In this document: piece by piece, positions 11,699-24,622 of the stretch
Layout of the letters: each line of letters opens with the position of its first letter
Numbering within the stretch: the first letter of the stretch is position 1
Assembly (NCBI GenBank): GCA_051294905.1
Contig: CM119372.1
Span: forward strand, 4,838,001 to 4,902,000
Direction: 5' to 3'
From: Botryllus schlosseri
Taxonomy: Eukaryota
DNA length: 64,000 bases
Notes under the pieces: generated by a model
What the model was told of the DNA's origin: nothing
Databases searched by the model: none
What the model saw: only the letters and a program-made list of their open reading frames with translations
Program-made: the position numbers and the translations under genes

Positions 11699-13597
11699 TC
11701 AGGTGTCCCCTTCTTCTTCTTCGTTATCATCCGACTTCTTATCAGCCGACGGCTGCTCTCTTAATTTCATTCGTTTCTTCTTCATCCTCCTGTTTTGAAA
11801 CCATATCTTGACCTGCCTGTCGTTAAGAAACACCCGCTTGGCAATTTGCAGTCTGTTGCGAGAAAGAAAAACACCCAGCGTTACTCATACGTAAACAAGT
11901 CCGCTAAGGAGTCGAATACTTACCGCAGCTCCCGACTTATGAATTCGTTGGCCAGGAATTCTTTTTCGAGCTCCTGCAGTTGAAATTTGGTGTACGGCTT
12001 CCGCCTTTTCCTGGTCGTTAGCGTGTGAGAATGGTGAAAATGAGAGGGGGTTATACTGATTGGACTGTACGAGAGATGGGAAGGGTAGTGCGTCTGACTG
12101 AAGCTCATCATATCCGGAGCTGTAACGAGGAACATCACACATCACTTTTTGGCACTACAGCGCCCAAACAGTTTTTTTCTTACCTGGAGGCATGTGCGAT
12201 ATATTGTAATCCACCGGCGAGTACGTTTGGGTTTGAGGAGGGTTGTGGAATGCAGGTTTTTGTGGGTGAGGGTAAGTCCCGTGAAATGCAGTAGGCGGGT
12301 ATTGATATGGGATTCTCTGGGCGTAGGGAGACGGATAGGCGGATGAGTGCGGTTCGAACGGGTTGCCGAAGCCAGGCCGTCCGTAGCTGCTTGCGAAATT
12401 CCCCTTTGGATCAAATAAATGACTACCTGCACAAGCGAAAATAAACATTATGACCCATCTCAATCTAAACATGTTTATGTGACCACCAAACCTACCGAAT
12501 GCTTGACTTTCGTATCCCATTGGCGCTCCCTGATAGGGTTGTTGTGTTACTCTAGAGTCGGCAATCTTCTTGTCGTATGGATGCACAGATGAATAACCAT
12601 TAGTGGACTCGGGGTGACCTGGAATCATTGGAAGTAGAGGGCACTTTCCTAAATAGCGGTCTCTCGAAGACGTACCCTGTCTAGAATAATGAATGTCATG
12701 GTCCGCGTTTTCTGACGTCATCTCATCGGCGCATCTGGTTTCGGAATATTCACTTTTGGGGGCGGATGCCGTATTCTCGGCGTGGTTGCGAAAATCTGAT
12801 TTCATAAAAGCCCGATCTTCTGCGGGTACTGAATTGCGTGCTAGCGAGGCTGAGTCGTTTCCCGGCAGCCCCCCTTGATATCCGAACGGCGACTGGGTGG
12901 TATGTGACACGTGGTACGGAGACCTGTCGTTTGAAACAGTTTTAACGGCGTACCGCGAACAGTCGCCAGGATTGCTTAAAAATATGTCCGATTCGGAGTC
13001 GGATTTTTGACACTGTAGCGCGCCGTCCGGACTCCGGTGCGAAGTGCCTGAATTTTGATTCGCTTCAGACTGATCGTTAAGGATTGAGTAGGTTTGCTGC
13101 GGTTGTCCGTCTACAGCCACTATTTCCGAGTCAGAGCACGATATCGTCCTTTGCTGCATGTGGTGTACCAAATTGAGAGGCTGACTGGATTCCGTTAACT
13201 CTGAATTCGCCCGTTCAATATCGGCCAACGATTGCAATCCGTAACGCTTCATGGGCGAGTATCCATTTTTCGGACTATCGTGATTCGCCGGCAGCCTCGG
13301 TCCGTATCCATATTTTGTAGAATCGCCAGTATCCGGGCACCGTCTGTGAGATCGAATTTCATTTTTTGCAACAATCGCTTCCCTCGAAGACCCGACTAAG
13401 CACGGTTCCTTAACAGGGTCCTGGACTTGCGCGGCGTACTGATACGGTCCCCCTGTTACTCCAGGCGCTGCGAAATATTCTCCCTTACCGCTCAATGTGC
13501 TCGGCCTCCAAGACTCAGACACGCATAGTGATATAGGCGCCTGGGACGTGCAGTATAAAGGGTCATAACCGCTACTGTATCCCATAAAAGTCGACAT
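11699..13597 (-). CDS. Hox12: Posterior (Abd-B class) Hox transcription factor, ascidian Hox12 type; 4 exons: 13597-12496, 12426-12184, 12119-11924, 11852-11699; 564 aa
   Basis: The spliced frame gives the homeodomain [60 protein letters not shown]. Three GT-AG introns (69, 64, 71 nt; donors GTAGGT, GTAAGA, GTAAGT) have compatible phases 1, 1, 2. Total 1695 nt ending in TGA. The NEFISRE and RRMKKKR signatures fit PG12-like/ascidian Hox12 (from memory, not from a tree). Confidence 0.9.
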
Positions 13598-16500
13598 AGT
13601 TTATGAAATTAGCTCTTTTCTGCTTCAATTTTAGTTTTGTTTTAAGACCCGCAAAGCAGTAAACCGCGGAATAACGATATTCGGCAACGTATATGGTTAG
13701 TTCTGAACACAGAAAAATCAGACCAGTAGAATAGCAGTAAATATTTAGCGCTCAATAAAATGGCCTTATGTTACCTCACAAACCGCCAACAAAGGCGCTG
13801 CTCGCGCTCTAACTGAAATCACTCCTCAATGTTATTTTCCGAAGCCGCCTGCTACCTTAGAGTACAATCATCTGATAATTTCATTCCTTCAGACTGGCAT
13901 TGCTACGATCAAGAAGGTGTTTGTCGTTACACAGCACCAGTCATATGCCGACAGCGGTGCTTGCTCGATGGACACGGCAAACAAAACAAAATGGACATCG
14001 CGCCCAATATAGGCGATCGCGTAAATGCGTATTGTTTCGCCCGTGATTTCGCAAATGGAGAGGAACAATTAACGAAAAAGAAGAAAGAAAAATTACCCAC
14101 GAGCTACCTCTCGGGCAAGCCACAAACTTGAAAGTACCGACGAAAACTCCTTGCATTATTCGGAGCAGAGTCTTCATCATCCGTGCTACAGATCTCTGAA
14201 GGCGGTTGTTAGAAACGATGCCCGTTTTGTGTATTTTGAATAACCCTATTTGATTAATACAGTCTTCTATGTCACTGTTTCGAACGGAAAGCGGCTAGAC
14301 AAAGTATCGCTTGCTTCCTCGATGGTAAATTATATTCCTAGAAGCAATCGCCCTACACTCAAGCACAAATGTTGCTGTAAAATGTGCACTCATGTTTCGA
14401 GAAAACGTGATCATCGCATCATCTCAGAGCCCCCTGTCGGAATTTCCATTAGTTACCGTTTTAACTTAACTAGGCGTGCACGTCATAAAAACACATAGAC
14501 GATTGGTAAAAATATAACAGCCATGACCTTACGGCCTGGTCATAGATGAGTATACCTCGGTGCTCGGTACATATTCTACATTCGTCATATTGATTCAGGA
14601 TTGAGTAGTCAGTGGTAGAAATTGCCTTGTAAGCCAAGGTAAATTTGAGCTGTTTGTGACAAGACTGCGGTCTTGAACATCCGCTCGGGGAATTCGGACC
14701 TATTTTGCGTGCGATTTATGACGTTACGACTTCTCCTGTCCTTTTCAAAATTACGTAATAAAGTAGTTGTTAAAAAGTTATTACATATGACGTACCGTTT
14801 TAGACTATACATTTGATACTACATCCCAAACCAAAAGATACGGCCATGCCTAGCACGTTGCTCAGAGCCAGTATTCTAAGCATGGGTTAGCCTCGACCTA
14901 AATTTGCGTCTGCATCTGTTACAATTAAAGATTTCGACAGTGCGCGAATATCATATTCAACCTCAAGTCATAATGAATATTCGTTGTTCTATCAATATTC
15001 AATATCACATACAAGGCCAATAAAATACAATAAGCTTTCATCAACTGCTTTGAACTCGTCGCATAAAACAATTAGATGTCGGTGCGATCAATGACATTTA
15101 CAGGCAAATCGACTGTTGATTCCCACGATACCAAAATCAAGCTCGCACGTGTCAAGATGACTTACTCTACAAATCAAATCTGACGAAAATATTGGCTGTC
15201 TCCTAAAAATTCTCTCCCTGAATCCCGCCATTAGTGACTTGATATCTATAGGGGAGGTTTGGACTTGAAGCGAAAGGTGAACTCTGCAGTACCGTCGGCC
15301 GTACGACTGCCATAAAAGAAATAGTTAGTTGCGTCACGTTAAGAATATTTCAGAAATTCAGCCTTGGATGCGTAGCCCCGGAACACGCGAAATCATCAAG
15401 TTAATCAAATGGAGACGAATGTCAAACGGAAATACTTCCGCTGTCTATAAAGTAAACTGAGGCCGCAAGAGATAAATGCGAACGCCCAGAATATATCTAC
15501 TTAAAAATTACAGTGAAGAGCTCGCCTGACGCATTCCAGAGTAACTAACAAATCGAAAATCTTCGGAGGAATATCTGTATCCAACTATCCATGCACTGGC
15601 TGCCATGCTATTTCAATCTGCAAAGTCAACCAGTGTATATCTAGTGTTGGAAATTACAGCCTTGTGACAGCCATAAATCTGTTCGGTGTTGGGAAGATAT
15701 TCGTAATAGACGGCAAACTAGTGAGGAAGAGCAAGCAAACGTTATTGCAAATATTGACTAATTATTTCGGTGACGCTGATGCAGAGACAGAATGTATCTC
15801 TCAATACGATCAAAATACGGCCCGGAAAATATCATTCTCGTTATTTTACGGCTTAATGAAGTAGTCACGAGGAAACGGGATGAGCAAACTACGCGGATGA
15901 AAGAACAAGTCCTCCACAGCTACATGACAAGCGTTGATCCGCGGAGGATTATTAAAAGGATTATGAAAACTGTTAGCTTTGCAATAAATTTCCACATCCG
16001 CACGCTGTCTGTCACGGAATTTTGAAATGATCCGTAAACATTCACGAGAATAGCATACCCGACTCGTCCGTTACATACCACACAACACCTTTCACCCGCC
16101 TATAAAATATATTACATTGTGAATAAAATACGCCGGGAATATATAAACATATAGGCTACTTCCGTCCACACAGTTTCGTCCTATTTAATCAACCGGACAG
16201 AGAACATGAAGGTATAACCACTGGCACAATAGAACGCCATAAATTCTCGTCGGTCGGGCAGAATACATAAAAACACAGGACGTCGCGCGGGGCCATTAAT
16301 TACACCGTCGCTGTGTCTAATTATGGATGCTAAAACGCATTCATTAATCACATTAGCTGATGTTTGCCCGTCACTTGTAAAGCTACATAACACATTAAGT
16401 ACGTGGGGTTGAATGCAAGAATACCATAGTGTTCAAATGAAATTTACATTTCTTTCTTCATGCACTTTTCTGCGTGGTTGAAAGACTTGTAGCTGTGTTA

Positions 16501-19500
16501 TTTTCACGGCACGCAGTTCAACGCGCCAGAAGAAATTCATGCTATCCGCGAAGCGTTCAGACAAAAGCGTTCGGAACGCACAAAGATAACCAAACACACA
16601 CATTGGAAGACCGATATCTCCAACGGTCGTTACACCGATCGGGAACAATAAACACCCAAAACGTCCGATTTTACGACCTATGGAAGAGTTACTATTGCTT
16701 TTTTATTCTCGCACGGAGCTCCCTCCCCATTGCGATTATTATTGTATTTTAAACTCTTTTCTCTAGTTCAAAGGGATCGTATAATATCGGCGAGGCAACG
16801 AAGAGCGGACGGATGCGAAGGAAGGCAATAAACTCAATGGTCATAGAAATTTCGGCGATTTCACTCTTTGATCCTCCGACACGGAAGAGTACAGGCACAC
16901 AGGGATTGGCCAAAATGGAGAATAGAGTTCAGTGCGTTGTGCAGTCAATAAGATTGGTAAAAGATGCAGTAATGGTAGTCCGTAATTGTTCGGAGCGAGG
17001 CCCAGAGACAGATCATTGATCCGATGTAGTTCTTTAAAACACTGTTCTTTGTTAGATTTATGTGGGTTAGTGTGTCTTGAATCTCGAGCTAATAGAGATG
17101 CAACGGGCCCAACAAATCGGCGCCGCATTGCTTGTTTACATTTTTAACAATTTGATTGAAACGGCAATCAGCTCGCGGCAAGTATAGCAAGGTCATATTG
17201 ACTCAATCAAAGTCGCGATAATTTTACCTTTTTTCGAACTGGCGACGCTCCCTTGTGAATCAAGTCTCATTAATTAATGTTATTTGTCTTTTCTTTGCGG
17301 TTATTTCATAGTTTGCATAGCATAATGGCCTGTCTTGCACGTTAAATGATAAACTGTGCAAACTTGTTCGAAACACAATCACTCTGTTGGTGGTCCACTC
17401 TTTTTATATACATGTGTATAATTTTGATGGCGTTAGGAGTCCATGACCATAAATTGTTTATGGCGGCGTATAAATGTATGTTTTGGTTGAATGAGGTACG
17501 AGTTAATTTTAAAGTTACTCATTATCGTTTTCAAGTATTATGACCAATAGCTGTTTAATTCAAGTTATTTTACGATTCGGGGGCTCGGTTTCGTGATTGG
17601 AAGTAAATTAATTGTTTGGTACACACTGGCGGTGTTTAGCTGGCTTTCACGGATGACAAGCCGCAGAAGACATTATTACGTTAACCTATCGATGACATGA
17701 AGATAATTGATCAGACGCAGTGAAAAATACTATTAGCGGTTGGACTACACAAATTCGCCAAACAAAGTATACGTTACGCGTTTGTGGGGCATGACTTGAA
17801 AATTCTGATCAATTTCGTCTTACCGAGATATAATAAGGCCTTAAGTGTTCTTTCGTAATTATGACTAAATTCAATGTTATGACGATCAGCCTGGGTGGTG
17901 TACTAGTTGCAGAATATCATTTGGGGCACGTTGTGTCACGGAAACGCAATATCAATCCTGAACCGGGTAAGATTCGCCCATTCAAAACATATTCCACGGT
18001 CTCATTTCGTTCGAAAATAAGTGAAATTGTCGAGGTTGAACTAATTTGATCGTGCCTTACCCACGCGTATCGATCCGACGATACGAGCAATTATGTATTT
18101 GATGGATGGCGGAAAAGGGCAAGGCGAACCCGGGCGAATGACTCGCGATTTGGTTTGTTTCTTTACAAAACGGTATTTTACGAAATACTAATTTTTGGAC
18201 CTATTATGTTGCGATCGAGTGAATGATTTTTCAAGGTGCTTTACTATCGTACCGGATGTTTCGTGCCTCGTGTTTGCTGAGAAAGGGTAATGGTTTGCGA
18301 AAGGATTAGATTCATATCTTTTTCAACAGCACCCAATGCATACCGGTTGAAAGAAAATCCTTTTAGGAGATGTATCACACCAGCGTTAGGACTGGTTAAG
18401 CCTTGATTGTATTCCGATACTCTACGAGAAGACGTCTTGGGCTGCGTTTGGATGGGAACAATTTACGTGAAATTTTCCGCTGACTTCATATCGCAGCTGT
18501 ATATTCAGTTGTTTAGTATCATGACGCGAATATTCAAAAGACATTCTATCAGTTTATCATCAATACTTTCGGAAGACGAGACCTAGAAGAGTCGCAAGTT
18601 TAGTTTAGTGCGCGATATTGACCAAGAGACGAAGTTCTAATAGTATTTCACGATCGCTCCGACTTGAATTATATATATTTGTGACATTAGGCATTAACTG
18701 CGAACAGCGCTTTTAGAATACATAGTACGAATAGACAATGAGAACGGCCATTTTGCTTGTGTACGTGAATGAAACAACGATGGCGCGCTCACAGGTAAAG
18801 TTGTCGATAGCATGGGCAATGGACATCAACAGTTTTAGTTCTAAATAAAATAAATACACAGTTTTGTCGTCACTTCGTTAACCAGATAAGTTGTTATAGC
18901 TTCGCATAAAAAATAAGTAAAATAACTAATTTTATAGATAATAAAGTTATGTGCTACAGTTTTATATGAGCAACAAAATTACAGTAATGTATATTACTAG
19001 GTATTAAAAGAAGTGACATGGATGTAATATTAACTCGTATACTATTTTCCATTTTGGCATATTCGAAACTTTATTCAATCGGTATATAGATACACAAATG
19101 TGCAACGTTTGGGAGGCATCTTTCTCCTCCAGTAAAAACATGTAACGGAAACAACAATATCATTATTGCTTGTCTATATAGTCAAGGACTTATGAAATCG
19201 GTGACTATAAATCGCGCTTATATTAAGGTAGGTGGCGTATTCGCTCTCATAACTTTTTATTCGCTACAAATATCGGGAGTAAAATACTGAGATCGTGCAA
19301 GGACGTGTAGGCTTGAATCATTGGAAGCTGTGTAGTGCGCATTTAACAGCCACATTTAATTTTCACGACGTAATCAAGAGTAAGCAACATGCGCCTATGT
19401 GTTATTCATAGATAGTATATATGAATGCTGTATATTTTGATGGAAATATTTATATCTTAATGTGGTTGACAGTAATAAGTGATCTTTTCTGGGCGACGAA

Positions 19501-19689
19501 TGGTTTATATACGACGTACATTAGCAATATCTGATGACAAATGTAATATTTCTGGTTGCAAAGATTGGATCAGTATTATAGTGTCGTGCTTATAAAATAT
19601 AAAGTTATGCAATGACATTTTAATGGCATTTCATTCCTTAAATTATTCCATTTGTTATAAACCAACGTCATAACTAGGAGCGGCTATAC

Positions 19690-20060
19690 CAGTGGTTCCC
19701 AACGTGGGCGATATCGCCCCCAGGGGGCGATTTGGCGGTCTAGGGGGGCGAAAATGACAAAGAGGGCGATAGGGGGGCGAAAATGGACAAAGGGGGCGAC
19801 AGGGGGCGAAAATAGCGAAGGGGGCGATGACGCGGTAAAACGGCTATATTGGAGTCAAATTTTAGTCAACCCACCAAAATTTAGTTGCAAAAGTGTAAAA
19901 TTCGACATCGAGCCGAAAAGTTGACCTTTTATTTTTTTAGTCAACCCGCCGGTGATTACAGTTTGTATGCCCATTTTTCGGTTCACAAAATGAGGGGGGC
20001 GATGATCGATGTCGAGCTTGAAAAAGGGGGCGATGAGTCGAAAAAGGTTGGGAACCTCTG
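19690..20060. mobile_element. hAT-type MITE with many AGGGGGCGA subterminal repeats
   Basis: CAGTGGTTCCCAAC...GTTGGGAACCTCTG termini; exact TSD GGCTATAC. Confidence 0.92.
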
Positions 20061-20299
20061 GGCTATACGATAACATATTCTCCCACACAACTTCCCCGAC
20101 TGCTGAATGCAAATCCGTAATATGTTATATTTCAAAGACACCCACAAAATATTCTCAAACCAAAACCCCTCCTCGACACGGCAGCTCAAGTTAAAGTATA
20201 AATATGACGGGTATCTTAACTTACAGTAATTATTCTTGAAGGGAGTCTGTATAACTACAAGCCGGGTTTCTGAAGAAAGCCACCGGGGACTTATTAGAG

Positions 20300-21146
20300 C
20301 AGGGGCGGTCAATCCGTGGCCCGCGAGAAGGTTTTAAGTGGCCCGATTGGTAAGTCTCGAAATTAGTTATATTATCAAAAATTAAATTACCAAAACCAAA
20401 TAACCAAAATTTGATTAGCCTGACCGCGAAATTTGGGATTTTGATGAATAAAATATCAGTTCCGACGCATTGGCATAGCCAGGGGCCAGACACATTTTTA
20501 GTAGATAGCCGTATATGACCAATCATAAAGTACAATATTTCACATATTAGCCGAAATCTTCGATATTTATAAGTCCAAGAGCCGGATAATCCTGTCCTCG
20601 CCAGATGAGCCCAGCGGTGCGCAGAGGCGACGCGGAATAATGTTATGCAAGTAACATTATTATCGACAGAGTTCATTCATTAACTTTGAATAAGTTTCGC
20701 GACGCTCGCGGCTAGGTCGTGTATGCACAGTTGCACACTGAGTCTTCATATCATAATTGTTATTGATTTTTATGCGTATTAATATAAGAATTGTTTTCCC
20801 CGTTACCTAAACCGAGGTCGACTTCAGAATTCCTATACCTAAGTGTTGGAGGATTATCTAGGCTCCTCCTCGCCATCTCATCCGCGTAAGTGGTGTCTTA
20901 CAAAAAGCCTAGAAGTGGGCCGTGCTATAAGTCGGCAGTTATGAAAAAATGAAGATAACGGCCTGGTGTAAATGACGATAGTAGTCGACAAGCACCATAA
21001 ATACCACAACAGCAAACAAACAACCGTTACCTAATTCATTTCGCTCCTATCGGAAGACTCAAAATAGGACGTCAACATTCAAGTGGCCCGTACAATGGTT
21101 CGTAAATCTCATGTGACCCTTTGGCCGAAAAGGTTTGCCACCCCTG
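20300..21146. mobile_element. hAT-type MITE family B-related copy carrying a SINE insertion
   Basis: CAGGGG...CCCCTG termini; exact TSD TATTAGAG; internal similarity to 27352-28052 and 31887-33106. Confidence 0.9.
20811..21023 (+). mobile_element. 5'-truncated copy of the same tRNA-derived SINE
   Basis: Matches the body of 5722-6011; 11-bp TSD CCGTTACCTAA (20800-20810, 21024-21034); empty site at ~33009. Confidence 0.9.
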
Positions 21147-22366
21147 TATTAGAGAAAGACCTGTGCGGGATACACAATTTCGAAATAATCAGCAGGGAGC
21201 CATTTGCTATGTCATTTTGGCTATGGATATTTATGCAGACGTATTCAAGTGCATACAAAACGAAAGGTTCGATTGTACTCGATTTGTTTATTGATTTGTT
21301 ATGCTTCTCTCTGCCTAAATAGGAATTTGTCTTCACCACGCCCAGCGCGACGCACATTGTTCATTACTTGGGCAAGTTTTTGTTGCAGTTAAATCCATGA
21401 AAAGTTGCATTTATTTTTCACAAAAGTTGCAGTAAAAAGTTGCATTTATTTTTTCACAAAAGTTGCACTAAAAGACCACATTTTGGTCGGTTGACAAAAA
21501 CAGTGTCAACTTCCCAGTTCCACTCCCGAAATACAGTTTTCCATCCACATTCTCCATTCCACTCCATTCTCCACAAAACAGATGGATGATATTATAGATG
21601 CTTATTTAATGTTTACATTACAAGAAGGTGTGGGGCTTCAAATGCCGGAAAGGATCATATAACATCCTTAATATATACTTGTGTCTCATTCAGTTAATCT
21701 GTGTTGTCACATTGACGCCTGAAATGTGCAATACCGCCGGATTGTTTTCCCGCAATTTTCTGCCAACGTGCCTTTCATTAACCGGTCTTTCTTCGGCTCG
21801 CGATACGATTTTAATTTCAACTTCAGTTGAAATGTTCTCTTTTGGGCATGACGACTTGCTAGGTCCAGACTCAATAGTTTCGCAATCAGTATACCCCGCG
21901 GCCTGTTTCTCCTTGCATCTATATTAATATCAGGCTATAGTAGTATTTAAAAACTGTGATGATACTTATACGGAACATTGTATGGATTCCTATGGTGGAT
22001 TTTTTTGGAGCACATAGTCGGTCTGAACATTAAATATACAGCGCAGAGGAAGAGTTCGATCAGGGTTTCTTAAAAACGATCTGGTCGGAATCGGGGTAGC
22101 ATCTTTTTAATTCCATTGATAGCTCAAGTAACCCGTTACCTATCTGACATGTCCAAAAAGTTTTTCCGGTTCAAAGCAGGTCTGCCAAGTTCAGGCTCAT
22201 AGTTTTGAACTGTGGTCGGGTTGGACAGAACTAAACCAGTCCGCTTTTATCTATGCTGCGGAATATCTGGTATTTACCACATTTAGTAAGGAAGACTAAC
22301 GCGTAATCTCGCAATTGTTTTGTATGGATTCAGAATTAACAAAATATGTGCAAATAAGTATCGAAA

Positions 22367-22652
22367 ATGAATATGATGGAAGCTCCGTCTGGTGGTCCAG
22401 GAGGATATTTCTTATCCCACCCGAGCCAGTTATTTTACCATCAGACTCAAAACATGGCCTCCAACCCGTTAATTTCGTTTCATCATGGAGGACAGAACTC
22501 GCCGATGCCGGGATCTTCCACGCCCGTGCAGAACGCCCTTTATCAACAAGCAATGCAACCGCAATACCATCAACAGATGCCCTTTCATCCGTCACATCCT
22601 CATCACGGATCGGGGCCACCGGATCCAATGCAGGGACAACTGACAGGGATGG
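22367..22652 (+). CDS. Hox13: Hox13-type gene, first coding exon (Pro/Gln/His/Gly-rich N-terminus MNMMEAPSGG...QLTGM)
   Basis: Low-complexity transcription-factor-like ORF ending in a consensus donor G|GTGAGT (phase 1) that is phase-compatible with the acceptor TTTTGCAG at 34698. Linkage across the ~12 kb intron is inferred. Confidence 0.75.
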
Positions 22653-23494
22653 GTGAGTCATCCACATTTGTGTGATAGACGTTGATTGGAGACTGATCGC
22701 AAAATGCCTATTTCGAATGTGCTGAACAGTGAATATGCTATTAAGGAAGTATAAGATGGGGTGAAGTTGTGTTTGTCAATTGCATGGAAAAATTCCACTT
22801 TCCTGAGCCGTCAACATCAGCCATAAAAAATTACGAGTCAGTTTCAAGTCGCCAAGTAATCGGTGTAGATAAAAATCGCCGTGTCTTTCATATGTTCGGG
22901 TTGTTTTCGAGACGCTGGTGTGACCTGTGAGAGCGTCCAATTTCATTCATTCAATGATTTTGCGTTTGCTGAACCTCCATTGTTCTATCACAAATAAATT
23001 GACCACAAACGAAGTGATTGGAGCTCACAGCTTTCGTTGTCGTAAACTAGTATAGCATAGTACATTGTCGTAGTAGTCGTACTAGCAGGAAAGTAATATA
23101 ATAGCAAAGTATCTATCTCTGTTCTATAGACTGGTCATTGGTACCCGGTACCTACCTTTGTATCTTAACCATACCTCTTGTATGATTTAAATTGAATTCG
23201 AATATAGTTTATATCACTCGTCAACCATTGGCGCAAACTTAAATTGTATCACATGGATATGTAATTGGGTAGTAAGCGCATCATATCAATTCGTTTCAAC
23301 TATCTGAAGTTTCGTCTTCTATTCTCTATTCAGGCGGATAACTATATACGTAGGGTAGGCCTATACACTTACTTGCGTAGTTTTGCAATTCTACGCATGC
23401 GTGACCTATACAATTCCTTTTTGCAAGTCTATATAATTCTATGTGCTGTCCTCGACGGCGAATGCAATGACTTAATCATACCTCGTACTTCAAA

Positions 23495-23630
23495 AAGACA
23501 ACTTGACCTGAATTGCGACTTGACTCGAGTCACCTCCAAAAATCAAGTGACTGACTTGACTTGAGTCAAAATATACAATGACTCGAGATGACTTGATGTG
23601 ACTTGAAGAAAGTGACTTATCCCAACACTG
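23495..23630. repeat. Right end of a DNA transposon with GACTT/GAGTC subterminal repeats ending CCCAACACTG
   Basis: Repeated TGACTT motifs and a CAGTG-type terminus; left end not resolved. Confidence 0.55.
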
Positions 23631-24622
23631 TCACCTGGTGACTTGACTGTGTTTGGCTCATTCCGATCGACAATGGCATGGGTAGCTAAGATAATATTGT
23701 ACCTGGAAGGGTAACTGAATTGATTCGGACATCCATAAAATTACAATTTCTGTTGGACGCTTTGAAAGATATAGAACGTTATCAGAATATGATCTACGAG
23801 CAATGATACGCGATAAATTTCGCTATAAAGCACATTATAAAATGCTCTGACTGTAGTTATTCTTAACTGTAGTAAAATATATATATTATGATTTAGTTGG
23901 TAAAATTAGACTATCCTCGCAGTCAGGGCTTCGGAGTCGGAGCCGGAGCAAGGAGCCGGAGCCCCGCAGCCAAGCATTTTCAGCGGAGCCAGAGCTAGAG
24001 CCGGAGCTCTCCATAAAATTCAAGAGGAGCCGGAGCTGGAGCCGGTTCTATGAACAGTAGCTCCGGCGCTGATGTATTTCATAAGATGCTATGCTTTTAC
24101 TGGTGACTGAATTCACATAATTTTCAAAAAAATTAAGAATTGTTGCCTCGTTGGCACCACCGTCTCTAACTATTACTATTATTATATTATTAACCAGTAA
24201 CCTTGTTTATACACGGGCGCCAAACCTGGGTAGGCTGGAGTTACCACGCTTATTCCATAATTGCTGTATTAGGTATACCCTCAAATTCGTAACCAGCACA
24301 CACCGATGGCCAATTGTGTGGTTTGAAAAATATTGAAAACCACGCATGTCACAAAACGAGATTGATGCTAATGTGAGATGAGCTATATATCTTATTAGTA
24401 GGGCGTTTTTTTTACCTAAAAAAGGAAAATTTTGACCTAAAAATCAAAATTTTGACTTTTTTTGGCCTAAACAAACTGAATTTAGACGAAATTTTGACCT
24501 ATGGTATGCAAATTAGGTGTTTTCCCACATAATGTTAAAATTGTACCACTTATCTTCGTTTCTGATTGGAACTGGCTGTACTAACGAAGTAGTTTGGCCC
24601 TATGAAGAATTCCAGTGGTTAC

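Noticed and set aside
12155..13597. 480-aa ORF as a single-exon gene
   Set aside because: It reads through intron 1 and ends inside intron 2; the spliced model restores the homeodomain.
23930..24070. GGAGCC arrays (also CAATTA and AGGGGGCGA arrays) as a CRISPR-like array or Gly/Ala-repeat coding sequence
   Set aside because: They are subterminal repeats inside TIR/TSD-bounded elements, with no repeat-spacer structure.
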